Under the pieces are notes generated by a model. It did not search any database and was not told where the DNA came from. It saw only the letters and a program-made list of their open reading frames with translations. This document shows positions 12,819 to 25,301 of a stretch of 64,000 nucleotides of DNA, in pieces. The position numbers and the translations under genes were made by a program. The stretch is from Neodothiora populina (lineage: Eukaryota), in contig NW_027191404.1 in assembly GCF_041146345.1 (NCBI RefSeq), positions 2,604,001-2,668,000 on the forward strand, in the 5' to 3' direction. Each line of letters starts with the position of its first letter. The stretch's first letter is position 1.

Positions 12819-14506
12819 ATGTATAAGTTTTCGAACATCTATGTGCTCGCCGCTTTCGGCACCATTGGTGGTGCTCTCTTTGGATTCGATGTCAGTTCCA
12901 TGAGCGCATGGATTGATACTCCTCAGTATCTTGAGTTCTTCAACCATCCCGACTCGAACACCCAGGGTGGAATCACAGCTTCCATGTCTGGTGGTTCTTT
13001 CCTCGGAGCACTCGCGGCTGGTTTCCTCTCTGATCGATTCGGTCGCCGTGGTGCACTCATGGCTGCGTCTTTGGTCTGGGTCGTCGGCGCCGCTATCCAA
13101 TGCTCTTCTCAGAACATCGCTCAACTCATCGTCGGGCGTCTGATCTCTGGTCTTTCCGTCGGTGTCACTTCTTCTCAGGTCTGCGTGTACCTTGCCGAAC
13201 TCGCCCCTAGCAGAATCAGAGGCCGTATTGTTGGAGTTCAACAGTGGGCGATCGAATGGGGTATGCTCATCATGTACCTGATCTGCTACGGATGCACCTT
13301 TGTCGAAGGTCCTTCCGCGTTCAGGATCGCTTGGGGTATTCAGGGTGTTCCTGGATTCATCCTCTTCGGCGCCTTGTTCTTCTTCCCTGAGTCTCCCCGA
13401 TGGTTGGGTGCCAAGGAGCGCTGGGAGGAATGTCTTGATACTCTGGCTTTGTTGCACGGAAACGGCGACACGACCGACCCGGTTGTTCAAGCCGAATATC
13501 TCGAAGTCCGCGAAGCCGCCCGCATTGCTCAAGAGTCCAAGAACGTCTCTTTCTTCGGTCTTTTCGGCCCCAAAATCTGGAAGCGAACTCTCTGTGGTAC
13601 CTCGGTCCAGATGTGGCAACAACTGCTCGGTGGCAACGTAGCCATGTACTACATTGTCTATGTTTTTCAGATGGCTGGCCTCGTAAGTTATGTTTTCGTC
13701 TCGTTCGTGACACCACAGCTAACCTCCTCACAGAGCGGCAACGTCACTCTCTACTCGGCAGTCATCCAATACGTTATCTTCCTCGTCACAACCGGAGTCA
13801 TGCTTCCCTTCATCGACCGCATCGGAAGAAGACAACTCCTCATCTTCGGTGCGCTCGCCTGCTGTGTCTGCCATTTCGCCATTGCTGGCACCATGGCATC
13901 GTATGGTCACTACGTGGACTCCGTGGATGGAAACGCCAACTTGCGCTGGGCGTTGCCCGAGGGCTCTTCAGCTTCGACAGGTGTCATTGCCGTATCGTAC
14001 ATCTTCGTCGGCATCTACGGTTTGACCTGGGCTCCTACCGGATGGGTCTATGCATCGGAGGTCTTCCCGCTCAAATACCGTGCCAAGGGTGTCGGTCTCT
14101 CTGCAGCCGTAGGTTTTGACTCTGTAACATGAAAAGTCCGCAAACAATGTACTAACAACAGACGCAGACCAACTGGATCTTCAACTTTGCTCTGGCTTAC
14201 TTCGTGGCTCCCTCTTTCACCAACATCCAGTGGCGCACTTATATCATTTTCGGCGTCTTCTGCTTCGCCATGACCTTCCACATCTTTTTCATGTACCCCG
14301 AGACTCAAGGCAAGACGCTCGAGGAGATTGACATCTTGTTCGATGCCGACATCAAGCCATGGAAGAGCAACGCTGTGAAGAGCTCGTTCGGAGCCAAGGT
14401 CGAGACTGTGGCTGCGAAGGAGTCTGCCTTCGGTGAGCACATCGAAGGCGGCCCGGCCGCTGATGAGAAGGAGAAGGAACAGGTGATTTTCAGAGAGGAC
14501 GTGTGA
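12819..14506 (+). CDS. MFS sugar porter, Hgt1-like high-affinity hexose transporter; introns 13683-13733, 14109-14167
   Basis: GGALFGFDVSSMSA, DRFGRR, PESPRWL, QMWQQLLGGNVAMYY, DRIGRR, SEVFPL and PETQGKTLEEID motifs. Confidence 0.95.
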
Positions 14507-14645
14507 CCGCGCCACGTCTCTCTCCTCTTGCATTTGATACCCTTTTTTAGACTATTTCGTCCAAATAATACAGACTGTAACTACTCAGTTCCATCCCTGT
14601 GGCACTCGCCGTCTATGGTCATCTATTGTATATCAACATGCGCGT

Positions 14646-15711
14646 CTATATCGATCCGCCACGCCACAAGTCCTCGGGTCTAGTCTTTATGTGAGTAGGC
14701 AAATGCACTGTACGTCGGCTCTGTTCATAGTCAAAAGCCTGTAACAAACCCATTAAATGAGTGGCGGCGGCCGCCAAGACAAGAAGATGAAAGATCTGAT
14801 GGGAGCTGCCCCAGATGTCGAAAGCACCTGGCTTGTACTTTTCTGGTATGCGAGCCTGAGATCGTCAAGTCAATTTCGGATGTGCAATCATGAAACAAGA
14901 GGAGAAAACTTACGGCGTAAATCGTTGCACCAAGGATATACAACGCCCCCATAGTGACCAGATATGACAGACCGATCTGACGTTGAAGCTGAGCGATGCC
15001 ATAGAGAAAAGTACCATGGATGATGGGTACGACGGCACTAAGACCCATGGCCACGAACATGCCGGCCCGAAAGGGTCGCCAGGTAGGAGTGCGGAACTTG
15101 GGGTTCACGGAGACCGTGACACAGCCCGCACCGATGATGGTGATCTAATGCTATCAGTATCGGAGTCTGGTGACGTGTAGACAGAAGAGACTCACCATGG
15201 TCCAATAAGTCCATCGATAGGTAGGATCGTCGAAGAAGCCGTAGTAAATCGAGGGTATGAAACTGCCCCAGATCAAACACACGATGCCGACGTAATCGAG
15301 TTGATTGCCGATACGATTGACTTTCTGCGAGTGATTGCTGATGGTATGATATGTAGCCGACATACCCAAGCAGGTAGCAGCGCCGGCAAAGAAGCAACCG
15401 AAGACCATGATATCTGCCGTGTTGGCATCTTCGTATCGAGGATGTAAGAGGTGGTAGAAGTATAGAGAGAAGGAGAGGGCGAACACTGCCCCGAGAAGAT
15501 GAGACCATATGTTCACTGTCTCATTATGGATATATGCCAGACTCGCCGCGGATTTCCGGTAGCTATTCGTCGGCGGTCTGTATCCTGAGTGGATGTAGTG
15601 GTTGTCTTGCTGCCAAGATGGGATGTCGTTCCAGAGAACTGTTAGGGCCTTTGAGACTTTTTCTTCTACTCTCTCTGTCATTGTTGACGGAGTCTCCTTG
15701 CGTCTACTCAT
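14646..15711 (-). CDS. PAQR/haemolysin-III family membrane receptor (IZH/AdipoR-like); introns 15145-15195, 14856-14913
   Basis: DNHYIHSGYR, HNETVNIWSH, SATYH, LDYVGI and, after splicing, RIPEKYKPGAFDIWGSSHQIFH. Confidence 0.93.
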
Positions 15712-15922
15712 GGTCTGTCGGTCAAGGTATGGTACTTGACGTTGACGCGCGAAAGGTCAAAAGTACCAGGCAGGCGGGTACAAGCGGGTGGACTGATTTA
15801 GGAAGGACCTTGATGGGTCGACGATCTTGGCGGGGTCTGGATATCAACAATTACTGCCCCACTTAGGTACTGTACAGTAGAACACAAAACAAGTCTATCG
15901 AAGATCAATCAAATCATAACAA

Positions 15923-16807
15923 ATGTCATCAAGACCACCACCCCGACGTGGTCCCTCGGGAGCATGGTCTCGTCTACGTACCGCAGCGGTAGATCCATTG
16001 ACGACGTACGGCCTGCCATCCAAAGGTGAAACACGACTATCAGACCCCAAGACGCAAGAGGCATATTTCGAGACGATAGTATCTCGATACATGAAATTCT
16101 GCGCAGCATGCGGAACAGGCGAGAAGCTAGACCAAGTGTTTGCGAGTTTATCACTCGACGAGTCGTCGTCGACGAGCACGAAAAGTGCGGACTCGTCGTC
16201 ACCGAACACAAACGAGATCCCCATCATCTTTTCTGCGATGCGCAAGCTCCGAGAAGCAATAGTCTCTACGCAACGGACCGACGCATTCGCCCAGAGGGTT
16301 TACATCTTCATAACAAGAACGACGATTCATCCTTTTGGTCACTATGAGTCTTACTCTCCGTCCTTGCTGTATCTGCTGCAGAAGATTCATCCTGCCACAC
16401 CGCTGCCCTTGACCGAATTGCATGAATTTGTTTCGTATTTGATATTGGATCTTGCGTGTAGACAAGGTGATCTACACGAGGCGTTCCGTGTGAGAAAGCG
16501 CCACGGCGTGAAAGACTGGAAAGTAGACCGATGTTTAAAGGCATTGGTCGCGGACGACTGGGTTGCGTTCTGGAGAGTCAGGAGGCAGGTCGACGGGGCT
16601 TGCAGGGTTCTCATGGGGTGGAAAGAGGCAGAGGTGCGGAGGCATGCACTCGCTGCTCTTGGGAGGGCGTATCTCAGTGCTGATCGTGTGTTTGTCGAGA
16701 AGTCAGCAGACAGAGAGTGGAGTCTGCTCGTGAAAGAAGACAGAGTAGGCTGGGAACTGGATGGTACAACAGGGGTAGTCACAATTAGACGGATCAGACC
16801 CAAGTGA
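15923..16807 (+). CDS. Conserved fungal protein with probable PCI-like (CSN8/PSMD8/eIF3K; SAC3-related) helical domain
   Basis: 294-aa intronless ORF; MRKLREAI, DDWVAFWR and ALGRAYLS..VGW pattern of PCI-type proteins. Confidence 0.6.
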   Translation: MSSRPPPRRGPSGAWSRLRTAAVDPLTTYGLPSKGETRLSDPKTQEAYFETIVSRYMKFCAACGTGEKLDQVFASLSLDESSSTSTKSADSSSPNTNEIPIIFSAMRKLREAIVSTQRTDAFAQRVYIFITRTTIHPFGHYESYSPSLLYLLQKIHPATPLPLTELHEFVSYLILDLACRQGDLHEAFRVRKRHGVKDWKVDRCLKALVADDWVAFWRVRRQVDGACRVLMGWKEAEVRRHALAALGRAYLSADRVFVEKSADREWSLLVKEDRVGWELDGTTGVVTIRRIRPK

Positions 16808-16880
16808 GCGAAGGAGTCTGGCCCCCCGGATGGATATCAATTTCTATGGTATCTGGGTATCAAGACAAAAGGAAATTCAA

Positions 16881-18088
16881 CTAAAAATCATCACCATCTC
16901 CACCTCCGCCTTCATCACCGCCGTAATCATCGTCATCTCCACCATCAAAATAGTTCTCAGCATTGTAGTCATCGTCGTCGTCTTCCTCGTCTTCCGCAAA
17001 CTGGTCAGGGTCTTCGTCCTGCTGATCTTCGTCGTCCGGCTTGGGGTCCGCATCATCGTCGTTTTCGTGCTCGTCGTCATTTGCATTTCCACCGTTGGCT
17101 TCGTCGCTGCCGTTGCTGTCGTTTCCGTTGAGATTGGCGAGGAGAGCCCATTTGTCGACTTTTGTTCGCGTGTGTAGTTGCAAGCCTCTCTTCGTTCCGA
17201 CTCCTCCTCGATTGCTCGGATCGATGGTGGACCATAACTCTCGGGGAAAGAACTCCATGACGAACGGACGTGTGCTGAGTCTCGGTAGGGTGTTTCTCTT
17301 TCTTACAAAGCGCTGCGAATAAGTCTGCGCGCCTTCGAAAGGATCAAAATGCGCGGCAGGAGGCGAAGGAGCGGAGCGTTTTGTGGTCGAGGACGACAGA
17401 TTCGACATTGACTTTTTGGACACTCGCGCCGACGAGTCGAGAATGCTGTAGAATGGGCCATCATGGACGCGCGCTCTCAACGTACGATAGTGCGAACACG
17501 AGCGTCGTTCGTATGCAGATGGAGGCTCGGCGGTCGGAGGCGCGATTGGCTGGAAGAAAGAAGGATGGTTGTCAGTCTTTGGTAGAGGAGAAGAAAAGTT
17601 GTTTAGATGAGCGGCGGCAGCGGAGTTGTAGTAGGTTGCGCTGGTGTAGTCTTGCTGGGCTGGTGGCGATGCCATCTTCTGTTGCGCATGCCTCTTGCGA
17701 CAGGGCGTGCATGTGTCATGTGGAAGGGCAAGAGAAGAGGAGGGATGAGTGATGGGTCGAGAGATAGAGAGATGGATGCCAGAGAGTGTGTGTATGTGAG
17801 ATAGAGGGAAGGAGAGAAAAGGCGGGGTAGACAGATAAGGTCGAGAATGGCAGGAACAGCAGCAGCAGCAGCAACAGCAGCAGCTTGTTTCAATAGCGAC
17901 CAAAGACCAGAAGAAACACAAGTGCATCAACTTACAGGAAACTTCTCAGACGGCCTGGAGTTCAATTTACTCTCCAGGTCTGCATCCCATTCCCACGGCA
18001 GTGCTTGTCCACCCATTTTGCCAGCTGCATTTGGTCCTCCTCCGGCTCCTCCTCCACCCCATCCTCCTCCTCTTCCACCTCGTGACAT
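16881..18088 (-). CDS. RPC31: RNA polymerase III subunit Rpc31 (RPC7); exon 1 18088-17936, intron 17550-17935, exon 2 17549-16881
   Basis: Exon 1 MSRGGRGGG...RPSEKFP joins in phase 0 to PIAPP...HDGPFYS...DPFEGAQTYSQRF...FFPRELWSTI and the acidic tail DDDYNAENYFDGGDDDD. Confidence 0.9.
17857..17884. repeat. Imperfect (CAG)n microsatellite inside the RPC31 intron
   Basis: cagcagcagcagcagcaacagcagcagc. Confidence 0.85.
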
Positions 18089-18656
18089 GCTGCTCGGGGC
18101 TCAGTTGGGTTTCTTTTCCTCTGTTTCTGCCCGTGTCTTGCTTCCAGACCTCCTCCGGTTTATGCGATGAGGCCGTCTTGGTTCAAAAGAGATGTATGCA
18201 CACGCTACGGATGGCGAGGCGACAGGTATAAAGTATGCAGTAGCGAAGAAGAGAGGTCGAGATAAACATACAATTACAGTCATATATGCGAAAGGAAACC
18301 CCTCATTTTATTGTCATTGTCATTTCTTGCTCATTCTTTGAGATCGGCATTTCGTCCGTTCGATTGGATCCCAATTTATTTTTTGCACAAGGACCCGGCA
18401 ACTTTTTAATGCGTCGGTGGGGCACCATGACTTGAGCCAGGCTTTTTTTGGTGGATTGTGACACAAGTACATGATTTTCTGGGGTAATCTCTACTACCTA
18501 TCTTGACGTACCTTACCTTACTTTGGTAGTTATTGTTCATCTCATCATACTACGAGCATAACATGAAGTAGGTCAAAGAAATTGCAACGCGGTAGAAGTG
18601 TCATCATAAATTCTGCCAAATAGGGTATCTTCGTTTCATCTGCTTCTTTCTTCTCT

Positions 18657-20097
18657 CTAGCCCATCTTCAGACTGAACCCAGCGCCTTGCTCTTCATCTG
18701 CCCTTCCGGCGAAAAGACCGCTGAAATCCACATCTGCACCGGCTTCGCCGTTCCTTGTAGGTGCATTTGGCGTCCTGACACGTCTGCGCCTCTCTTGTCC
18801 TGCTTTGCTTGGGAATGTCGGGAACATGGCTGTGCTTTTCGGTCTTGGATCTTCCTTGAAGTAGCCGTGTTCGAGCACCTCCTTGGCCGATGGTCGATTC
18901 GCGGGATCTAACGACAGGAGCGCCGACAGCAGACTTGTGCCAGACGCAGTGAGAAAGGGGAACTTAGCTCTGATCTTCGCGGTCGGGTTCTGCGGACCAG
19001 GGTTCATAGGTAGACGTAATGATTTCGCATTCGGTAGTCTTCGAAATCCTGGCCATGTCTGTTCGGTTGGGATCCCGCAAAGGTCAAAGATTTTGCTGAG
19101 TTGCTCGACTTCGTTCTTGCCTTGAAGGAGCGGAGTATTGGTCAGTAGCTCGCCAAAGATGCAGCCCAGACTCCACATGTCGACGCCGTTGTCGTAGATC
19201 GGTGCGCCTAGTAGCAATTCAGGAGAGCGATACCAAAGGGTGACCACTAGGGCGGTGAGATTTGCTGGGGGTGGTGATCCGATGAATCGAGCCATGCCAA
19301 AGTCTGCCAGTTTGATCTCGCCACGGTTGTTCATAAGGATATTGGATGTTTTCAGATCGCGCTGTAACATGTTAGTTCCTTCACTCAACAAGACGGCGAC
19401 ATGCAAAACGTACGTGCAAGATCCAGCGATCGTGCAGAAACTCAATTGCGCTTCCAAGTTGCAACATCAGCGTCTTGACCTCACTGGGTAGAAACGGCTC
19501 TTCCATCTCTTCCATGAGTGTTTTGAGATCATGTTCCAAGAAGTCCATGACCAGAAAGACCTCGCCTTTCTCTCCTACAAGGTTCTGCCCGACGACCACC
19601 TCTCGCAGCTCGACGATATGTCTATGCCCGCGCGCAGCATTGAGCGTCTGTATCTCCCGCAGCGCAGTGATAGGAAACCCGTATCGCGCCGCACTGACGT
19701 CCATTTTCAATTTCTTGATCGCCACGACCTGTCCCGTCGTCGAGTCTTTTGCGCGCGACACGAATCCATATGATCCCTCTTCGATGTGGTTCAGACGTTC
19801 GAACTCGTCGATGCTCCTCGCTGGCGTCCAACTGGGAGTCTGGAAACGCAGAAGCGTCCTTGTTGCAGGCGTGGTATCATCCTCTGACAAGCGTCTCCTC
19901 TTCGCTGGTCGGTCGTCTTGTTGTTCTTGTTGTTGTGCTTTTGCTGCCTCTGCTGCGGCTGCGGCTGCCGCTGCTTCATGTTCATGTTTGCGCGCTTTCT
20001 CGGCTTTTGCTCGTTTCTTTTCTTCTTTCTCCTTTTTACGCTGCGCATCTATCAGTGCGTCTTCTTCGTCGTTGGCCCAGCGTGAGGCGACCATCAT
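18657..20097 (-). CDS. CDK11: CDK11/PITSLRE-family (CDK10/11) cyclin-dependent kinase; intron 19362-19413
   Basis: IEEGSYGFVSRA, GFPITALREI, H|RDLKTSNIL, DFGMAR, VVTLWYRSPELLLG and MFPTFPSKA. Confidence 0.92.
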
Positions 20098-20820
20098 GAA
20101 CGTTGTTTATCACTCAAAAGTAAATGGTAAGCAAAAAGTGACGTAGAGGGTGAATGTTTTGGTGCTCAGGTCACAATGTACTCCTGTATTTGGCGGCGGA
20201 GATGGAGCTTCACCTCCGGACGAATCAGGGTTGGGCTTTATTTGCGACACGACTTGCTTTGCTGAGAGATATACCTTCGTAGACAGCACACATATCCGAC
20301 AGATACGGTATGCCCCAGTCATAAACATAATAAGGGAGATGATGTAGAGTGCAATTTGCCTCCTAGCAAATAACAGGCTCCAAACAACATGATAAGCTTC
20401 ACAGTGCTCGACTGGTATGCGACAGTATTTGGCATTCACAGACAGCAGCTATCACGCTCGACTCCCACGAGGTCGCGACTAATCTAGCTAGAAAGGTGGC
20501 TTCATTATGTCCTACAAGATCTCGTAAGTCTTCGGTGGACTCGTGAGATTCGAGTGTCAAGATTCGAGAGTGGTAAAGAGTCTTGGATGTGTGGAGGTGT
20601 GAAAGAGATTGAATGATTAATGCTGGACCTTGAGTGCATATGCAAATCATTGCAAGTCATGGCGATCATGCCTCATGTGCATTTAGGTAAACGTCAATGA
20701 ACCGACGATCACTTGGAACCGAAGATGATGTACAGGGACAGAGTCATGGTCTAGAAAGAAGAAAAGTGTTTTGATTATAAACTACGGAGGATGATGACAA
20801 TATTAACCCCTTCTGGATAT

Positions 20821-21372
20821 TTAAAGGAAAAGAGCAGCGACGACACCGCCGACAGCGACGTATCCACCCGTGGGCATGGCAAGAGCGATACCAGCGCCCT
20901 CGGAAGAAACGGATGAAGCGACCGAAGAGACAGCCGATGAAGCACCCGAGGCGGCACTGGAGGCTCTGGAGGAGGCCGAGGCAGCGACGGAGCTAGCAGA
21001 CGACTGAAGAGACGAGGCAGCAGATCCAGTGGCGGTGGCAGCCTTGGAACTAGCGGACGAAGCGATCGAAGCAGCAGAGCTGGAGGCTGAGGCGCCGGCG
21101 CTGGCAGCTGAGGACATGGCTGAGCTGTTGACAGATGAGGCGGATGATGACTCGGACATCTGCGACGACATGGATGATGATGCAGAGCTGGCGGCTGATG
21201 AGGCAGAGCTGGACGCCGATGAGGCCGACGATGAGCTGAGTCCTGCGAGAGAGGACACTGCAGAGGCGCCGGCAGAGGCGGCCGACGATGCTACGGACGA
21301 TGCTGCTGAGGCTTGGGCATTGGCGAGAGCGCCAGCCGAGAGGAGGAGAGAGGCGACGATGGTGGTACGCAT
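20821..21372 (-). CDS. Secreted Ser/Ala-rich, probably GPI-anchored cell-surface protein
   Basis: Signal peptide MRTTIVASLLLSAGALANAQ, low-complexity SA repeats, SEG omega-like site and a hydrophobic C-terminus. Confidence 0.8.
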   Translation of the reverse strand: MRTTIVASLLLSAGALANAQASAASSVASSAASAGASAVSSLAGLSSSSASSASSSASSAASSASSSMSSQMSESSSASSVNSSAMSSAASAGASASSSAASIASSASSKAATATGSAASSLQSSASSVAASASSRASSAASGASSAVSSVASSVSSEGAGIALAMPTGGYVAVGGVVAALFL

Positions 21373-22330
21373 TTTAATGTTTTGGGTTTGTGGTTTGATT
21401 TTGGAGGAAAAGTGGTTGGCTTGAGTGATTGATGTGATGTGTGAAGATCATCCTTCAACTCTCAGGGAAACCATACTTTATATACCACCTCCATCTTAAC
21501 ACTTTCCCCTCTCCAACTCTTCCATCACAAAACAAGGCATGAAACACTTTCGATACCTTGAATGGCTGTGGGACGACCTAGTCTACGCAACAAGCTTTGT
21601 CCACCAGGGAACTCTTACCTCATTGAATACGAATCATGTCCGCCCCTTGCCTTGGATTGGAGTGGTTCTGGTTGTCATGAGGAATTTAGACTTTTGTGGA
21701 GCCCATCTCTCTACTTCGGGTCTCTCTTGCCTTCACTTTTACTGTTACTCGTGCTTCTACTGGCAGAGCACTTCTTCTCCGTCAATGATGCCAGCATCCA
21801 CCTTGTGTGTGCGTGTGGCGGCGAACGAGCCACCTGTGGCGATCCGAGCTCGTGTCCCGCATACTAAGGCAAGTCTAGTACAATCGGGGTTCTCTTCCTT
21901 GGTTTTTGGGTTGGTAGTCATGCGTTCACGGGCCTTCTTTCTGCTCTTGGACCGTCATATGGAATGCAGTGAAAAGGGGGCGAGGCGTGAGGTTGGTTGA
22001 TTTAGGTTCTGGCATCATGTCGGGGTATGATGTTGGGGTAAAACCTTGCTTCTGTGCTTTAGCGATCTGGGCCCCGCGGGAACGCGAAACTAGAGTGATC
22101 CAATGACGACGAGTCGAATATCACGCAAATGCTTGGAATGGATAAAGTCGGCAGATCTTCTGTCTGTACAATACTTCTTTTGTACATCACAAGCACCTTT
22201 TGGGAGAGAGTGAGGTTGCATAAAATGTGTGGGGAAGGTACAGTAGATCTCGGAATGCCGGCATTGACTTCCTTGATTTGACCAAAATGATGACGATGTT
22301 TCCTTTGTATAGCAATGGGTATCTAACACG

Positions 22331-22613
22331 TTAACTATTGTTCCTCAGCCTGCCGCTTTTCCTTCGACGGGTCTGATTGATTCCTCCAGCGCTGCTTTCC
22401 AGACTTGTACCTAATCCCGAGTCAAGTACAAAGTCATCCTCTTCCTCTTCATCGTCTGCAGCTTCCCCAGCTTGCTGAATCAAAAGTGGAAAAGGATCCA
22501 CACTGTCTGGTTCTCTTTTGCTTTGACGATCTTCGTCTGGGCTTTGATACTTCATGACTGGTGCACCACCATAGGAGGGGAAAATCCGTTCCGTGTCAGA
22601 TAGCTTTTGCTCT

Positions 22614-22644
<31 letters not shown>

Positions 22645-23581
22645 GCTTGATGGCTCTTGGCTCTGTCTTGATCTCTGTCTTGGGAAAGACGAACAGACTC
22701 AGTGCAAGCCAAGCTGCACTCATAGCCGCCATCTCTGTCATCCAGAAGGAAGTGACGAAGAAGATGGCGCTCGCGACGCGATAGTTATACATGATCCAGC
22801 GTAGACCTCTGAATCTAGCGTGAAAAGAAAGCTTGCAAGAGTAGATTTGCATTTTCCTGCTCCGGCTCTGTATCTCTACTTTGAGCACGGAAGGAATGTT
22901 TCTCCAGCCCCGGGCGAACTCTACACCTTCGAATAGCTGAATCTCAATGTCTTCGGTTTCTGTGTAGAAGCCGATAAGATATCCTGGAAGACGTAGCAAT
23001 TTCTTAGCAAGATCGATTTCTTTGCTGTAGTACGTAAGGATGGCAGATCGCCTGTTGTGAGCTATAACAGGCTGGTTTTGTTCCAACAGGGCAGGCGTCT
23101 TGGGTCCAAGCAAGGATGCGTCAATCATAAAATTGCCTTCCATGGTGTTCTCAGGAGTACGAGGCAGCGCCAAATGGATTGTTATGTCATAAAGTTGTTG
23201 ACTGACAATCTCCGGCGTTAGATCAACGACACCCCATGGATGCGGCGGTAGTGAATCAACAGTGAGATTGGCAGCATGATCAAATTGAAGATGCAACTCT
23301 CTGGTGAAGCCGATTCTTGGGATATAAGACCAATAGAACGCAACGTATGCGGTCACAGCCAATACGAACAGGAAGAAAGAAGTGGTGAAGAGGAGGATTG
23401 AGGTAAGATATGTCCGGATGGCTAGATTGGAGGTTGCTACTCTGATAGGAAGGTAAAGAGTGGACTATTGATGATTAGCACGAAGTGTTTCCTTTCTTTT
23501 TTTGATCTTGCGACAAACCTTGACCTGATCGACAATTGCTTGAATTCGCTGCCGCAGCGATGGATACTCATAATCCGACAT
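22331..23581 (-). CDS. FLD1: Seipin (lipid droplet biogenesis); intron 23465-23518
   Basis: TM1, then FYWSYIP, LHLQFD, QQLYDITIHLALPRTPEN..GNFMID, FHARFRGLRWIMYNY, TM2 and an acidic tail. Confidence 0.92.
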
Positions 23582-24117
23582 GTTCATTTGTCTCTCACAA
23601 CCATCTTCGGTGTTGTCGCGAGCTCAAGACGAAAGAGGACGAACGACCGTTGGAAATCGTCATTCTGGCAATTCTTGGCAAACAGCCTTCCCCACGTCTT
23701 CTCCACATGTTCTCCGGCCAAATGTCTCTCTTGTGAGATTTGTCTTACCGTGATACGTTCATGTATCACGATGACGGGTAATTCAGAACTCTCAAGACCT
23801 CACAGCATGGTACTGTCGAAAGCTACCTTACCTTGCCCTGTCTAGGAGGTTCCACCACCCTTACCACGACGTTATAAAGTCTAAAGCTGCTCAACCCAGT
23901 AGATTCAAGTCATGCATCGTCACGATCGACTCGAAAGACGGGAAGGCATTATTACCACTCCGTGAATGGCGGCTGCGTGAACAGAAATGGGTTAAGTAGC
24001 AGCTTCTCCTCGTCGTGTTTCCTCTTCATCTCGACCATTCACTTTTCACGAAATAGAAGAAGCTCAAAAAATAATACCAAGACCAAAACTATATCCGATA
24101 TCAGAACCAAGTCAAGC

Positions 24118-24648
24118 ATGCGTTCCACAATCATCGCCTCTCTGCTCCTCGCCGCAACTACTGCCTCTGCTCAAGGGCTAAGTTCAGGGATAGTCGGCGG
24201 CCTTTCTTCTCTGGTCGTGTCACGCGCATCTTCAGCAGTCTTGGGAAGTGGCTCTTCCACCGCCGCCTCTGCCTCAGGATCTAGCACTTCTGGCAGCAGC
24301 AGCTCTGCATCTCTCTCGAGCACTTCTGGTAGCAGTGCCTCGAGCACCTCAGGAAGCAGCATGTCAGGAAGTAGCTCTTCTGGCTCTTCTGGCTCCTCGT
24401 CAGCATCCATGACTGGTTCTTCGGGATCATCTACTGCAACGGGAGGAGTCGGTGGAGTGATCAACAGCGCCAGCTCTCGTCTGAACTCATTGACCTCAGG
24501 TGGTACGTCTGGTCTTGTCGGCTCAGCTACATCAGCTGCGGTCAGTGCAGCGTCGTCGGCGGCCACTGGAGATGGTGTGATGCTCCCTGGTGGAGCAATC
24601 GAAGGCCTTTTTGCTGCCGGAGGTGTGGTTGTCGCTCTGCTTAGTTAA
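24118..24648 (+). CDS. Secreted Ser/Gly-rich, probably GPI-anchored protein; paralog of 20821-21372
   Basis: Signal peptide MRSTIIASLLLAATTASAQ, Ser/Gly repeats, TGDG omega-like site and tail AAGGVVVALLS. Confidence 0.8.
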   Translation: MRSTIIASLLLAATTASAQGLSSGIVGGLSSLVVSRASSAVLGSGSSTAASASGSSTSGSSSSASLSSTSGSSASSTSGSSMSGSSSSGSSGSSSASMTGSSGSSTATGGVGGVINSASSRLNSLTSGGTSGLVGSATSAAVSAASSAATGDGVMLPGGAIEGLFAAGGVVVALLS

Positions 24649-25301
24649 AAGCATGACATGACGGGACATGTGGAAGGGTGTACACTTGATAGAGGCACGG
24701 TCATTGCTAGGGACTAAGAGAAGTCCCGGAGAATATGGGTGTTTTGGGATAGCATTGATATGTATATTGAAGTTGTCGGATTTTATTCTACATGCTGTCA
24801 ATTGTCAATGAGTCTGCGTGAATGCATCGTCGCACATGTGATTGTATAAGAGTATTGAGATGTCGGCTTAACTTGGCACGCAGTAATTCATCGCGGTTCC
24901 TCATCCGTGTGTCACTGCATATACCATGCAAGTGTATTGCAGAGGAGATATACATGTCTGCAGTGTATACATGCTGTAATATAACAACAGGTGAAAGAAA
25001 AGAGGCGGGAATCGAGGATCCCAAAATAGAAATATCTCCACGCCGCCCAGACGCTTTGACCAGGCAAAACGTCGGTCCCGTCCCCTCCTGCCAGTTAAGC
25101 GTTGGATTGTTGTACGAATACAATCCGAACTTCTTTCCAATCCTTTTTCTTATCATCATTATCACCGCCATCATCCCAAAATCAGTCTTGTCCGAAGAGG
25201 AATACCTCAGCCACTCGTTGAGAATCACACAAACTGTCCTTTAGTCACGCGTCGATCCACGTCCACCAACTCGAAATAAGACCGATCGATCGACGGCAAT
25301 C

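Noticed and set aside
17676..17930. Poly-Cys N-terminus of the 349-aa RPC31 ORF
   Set aside because: It is translation of a CAG/CTG microsatellite inside the intron, from a non-ATG start.
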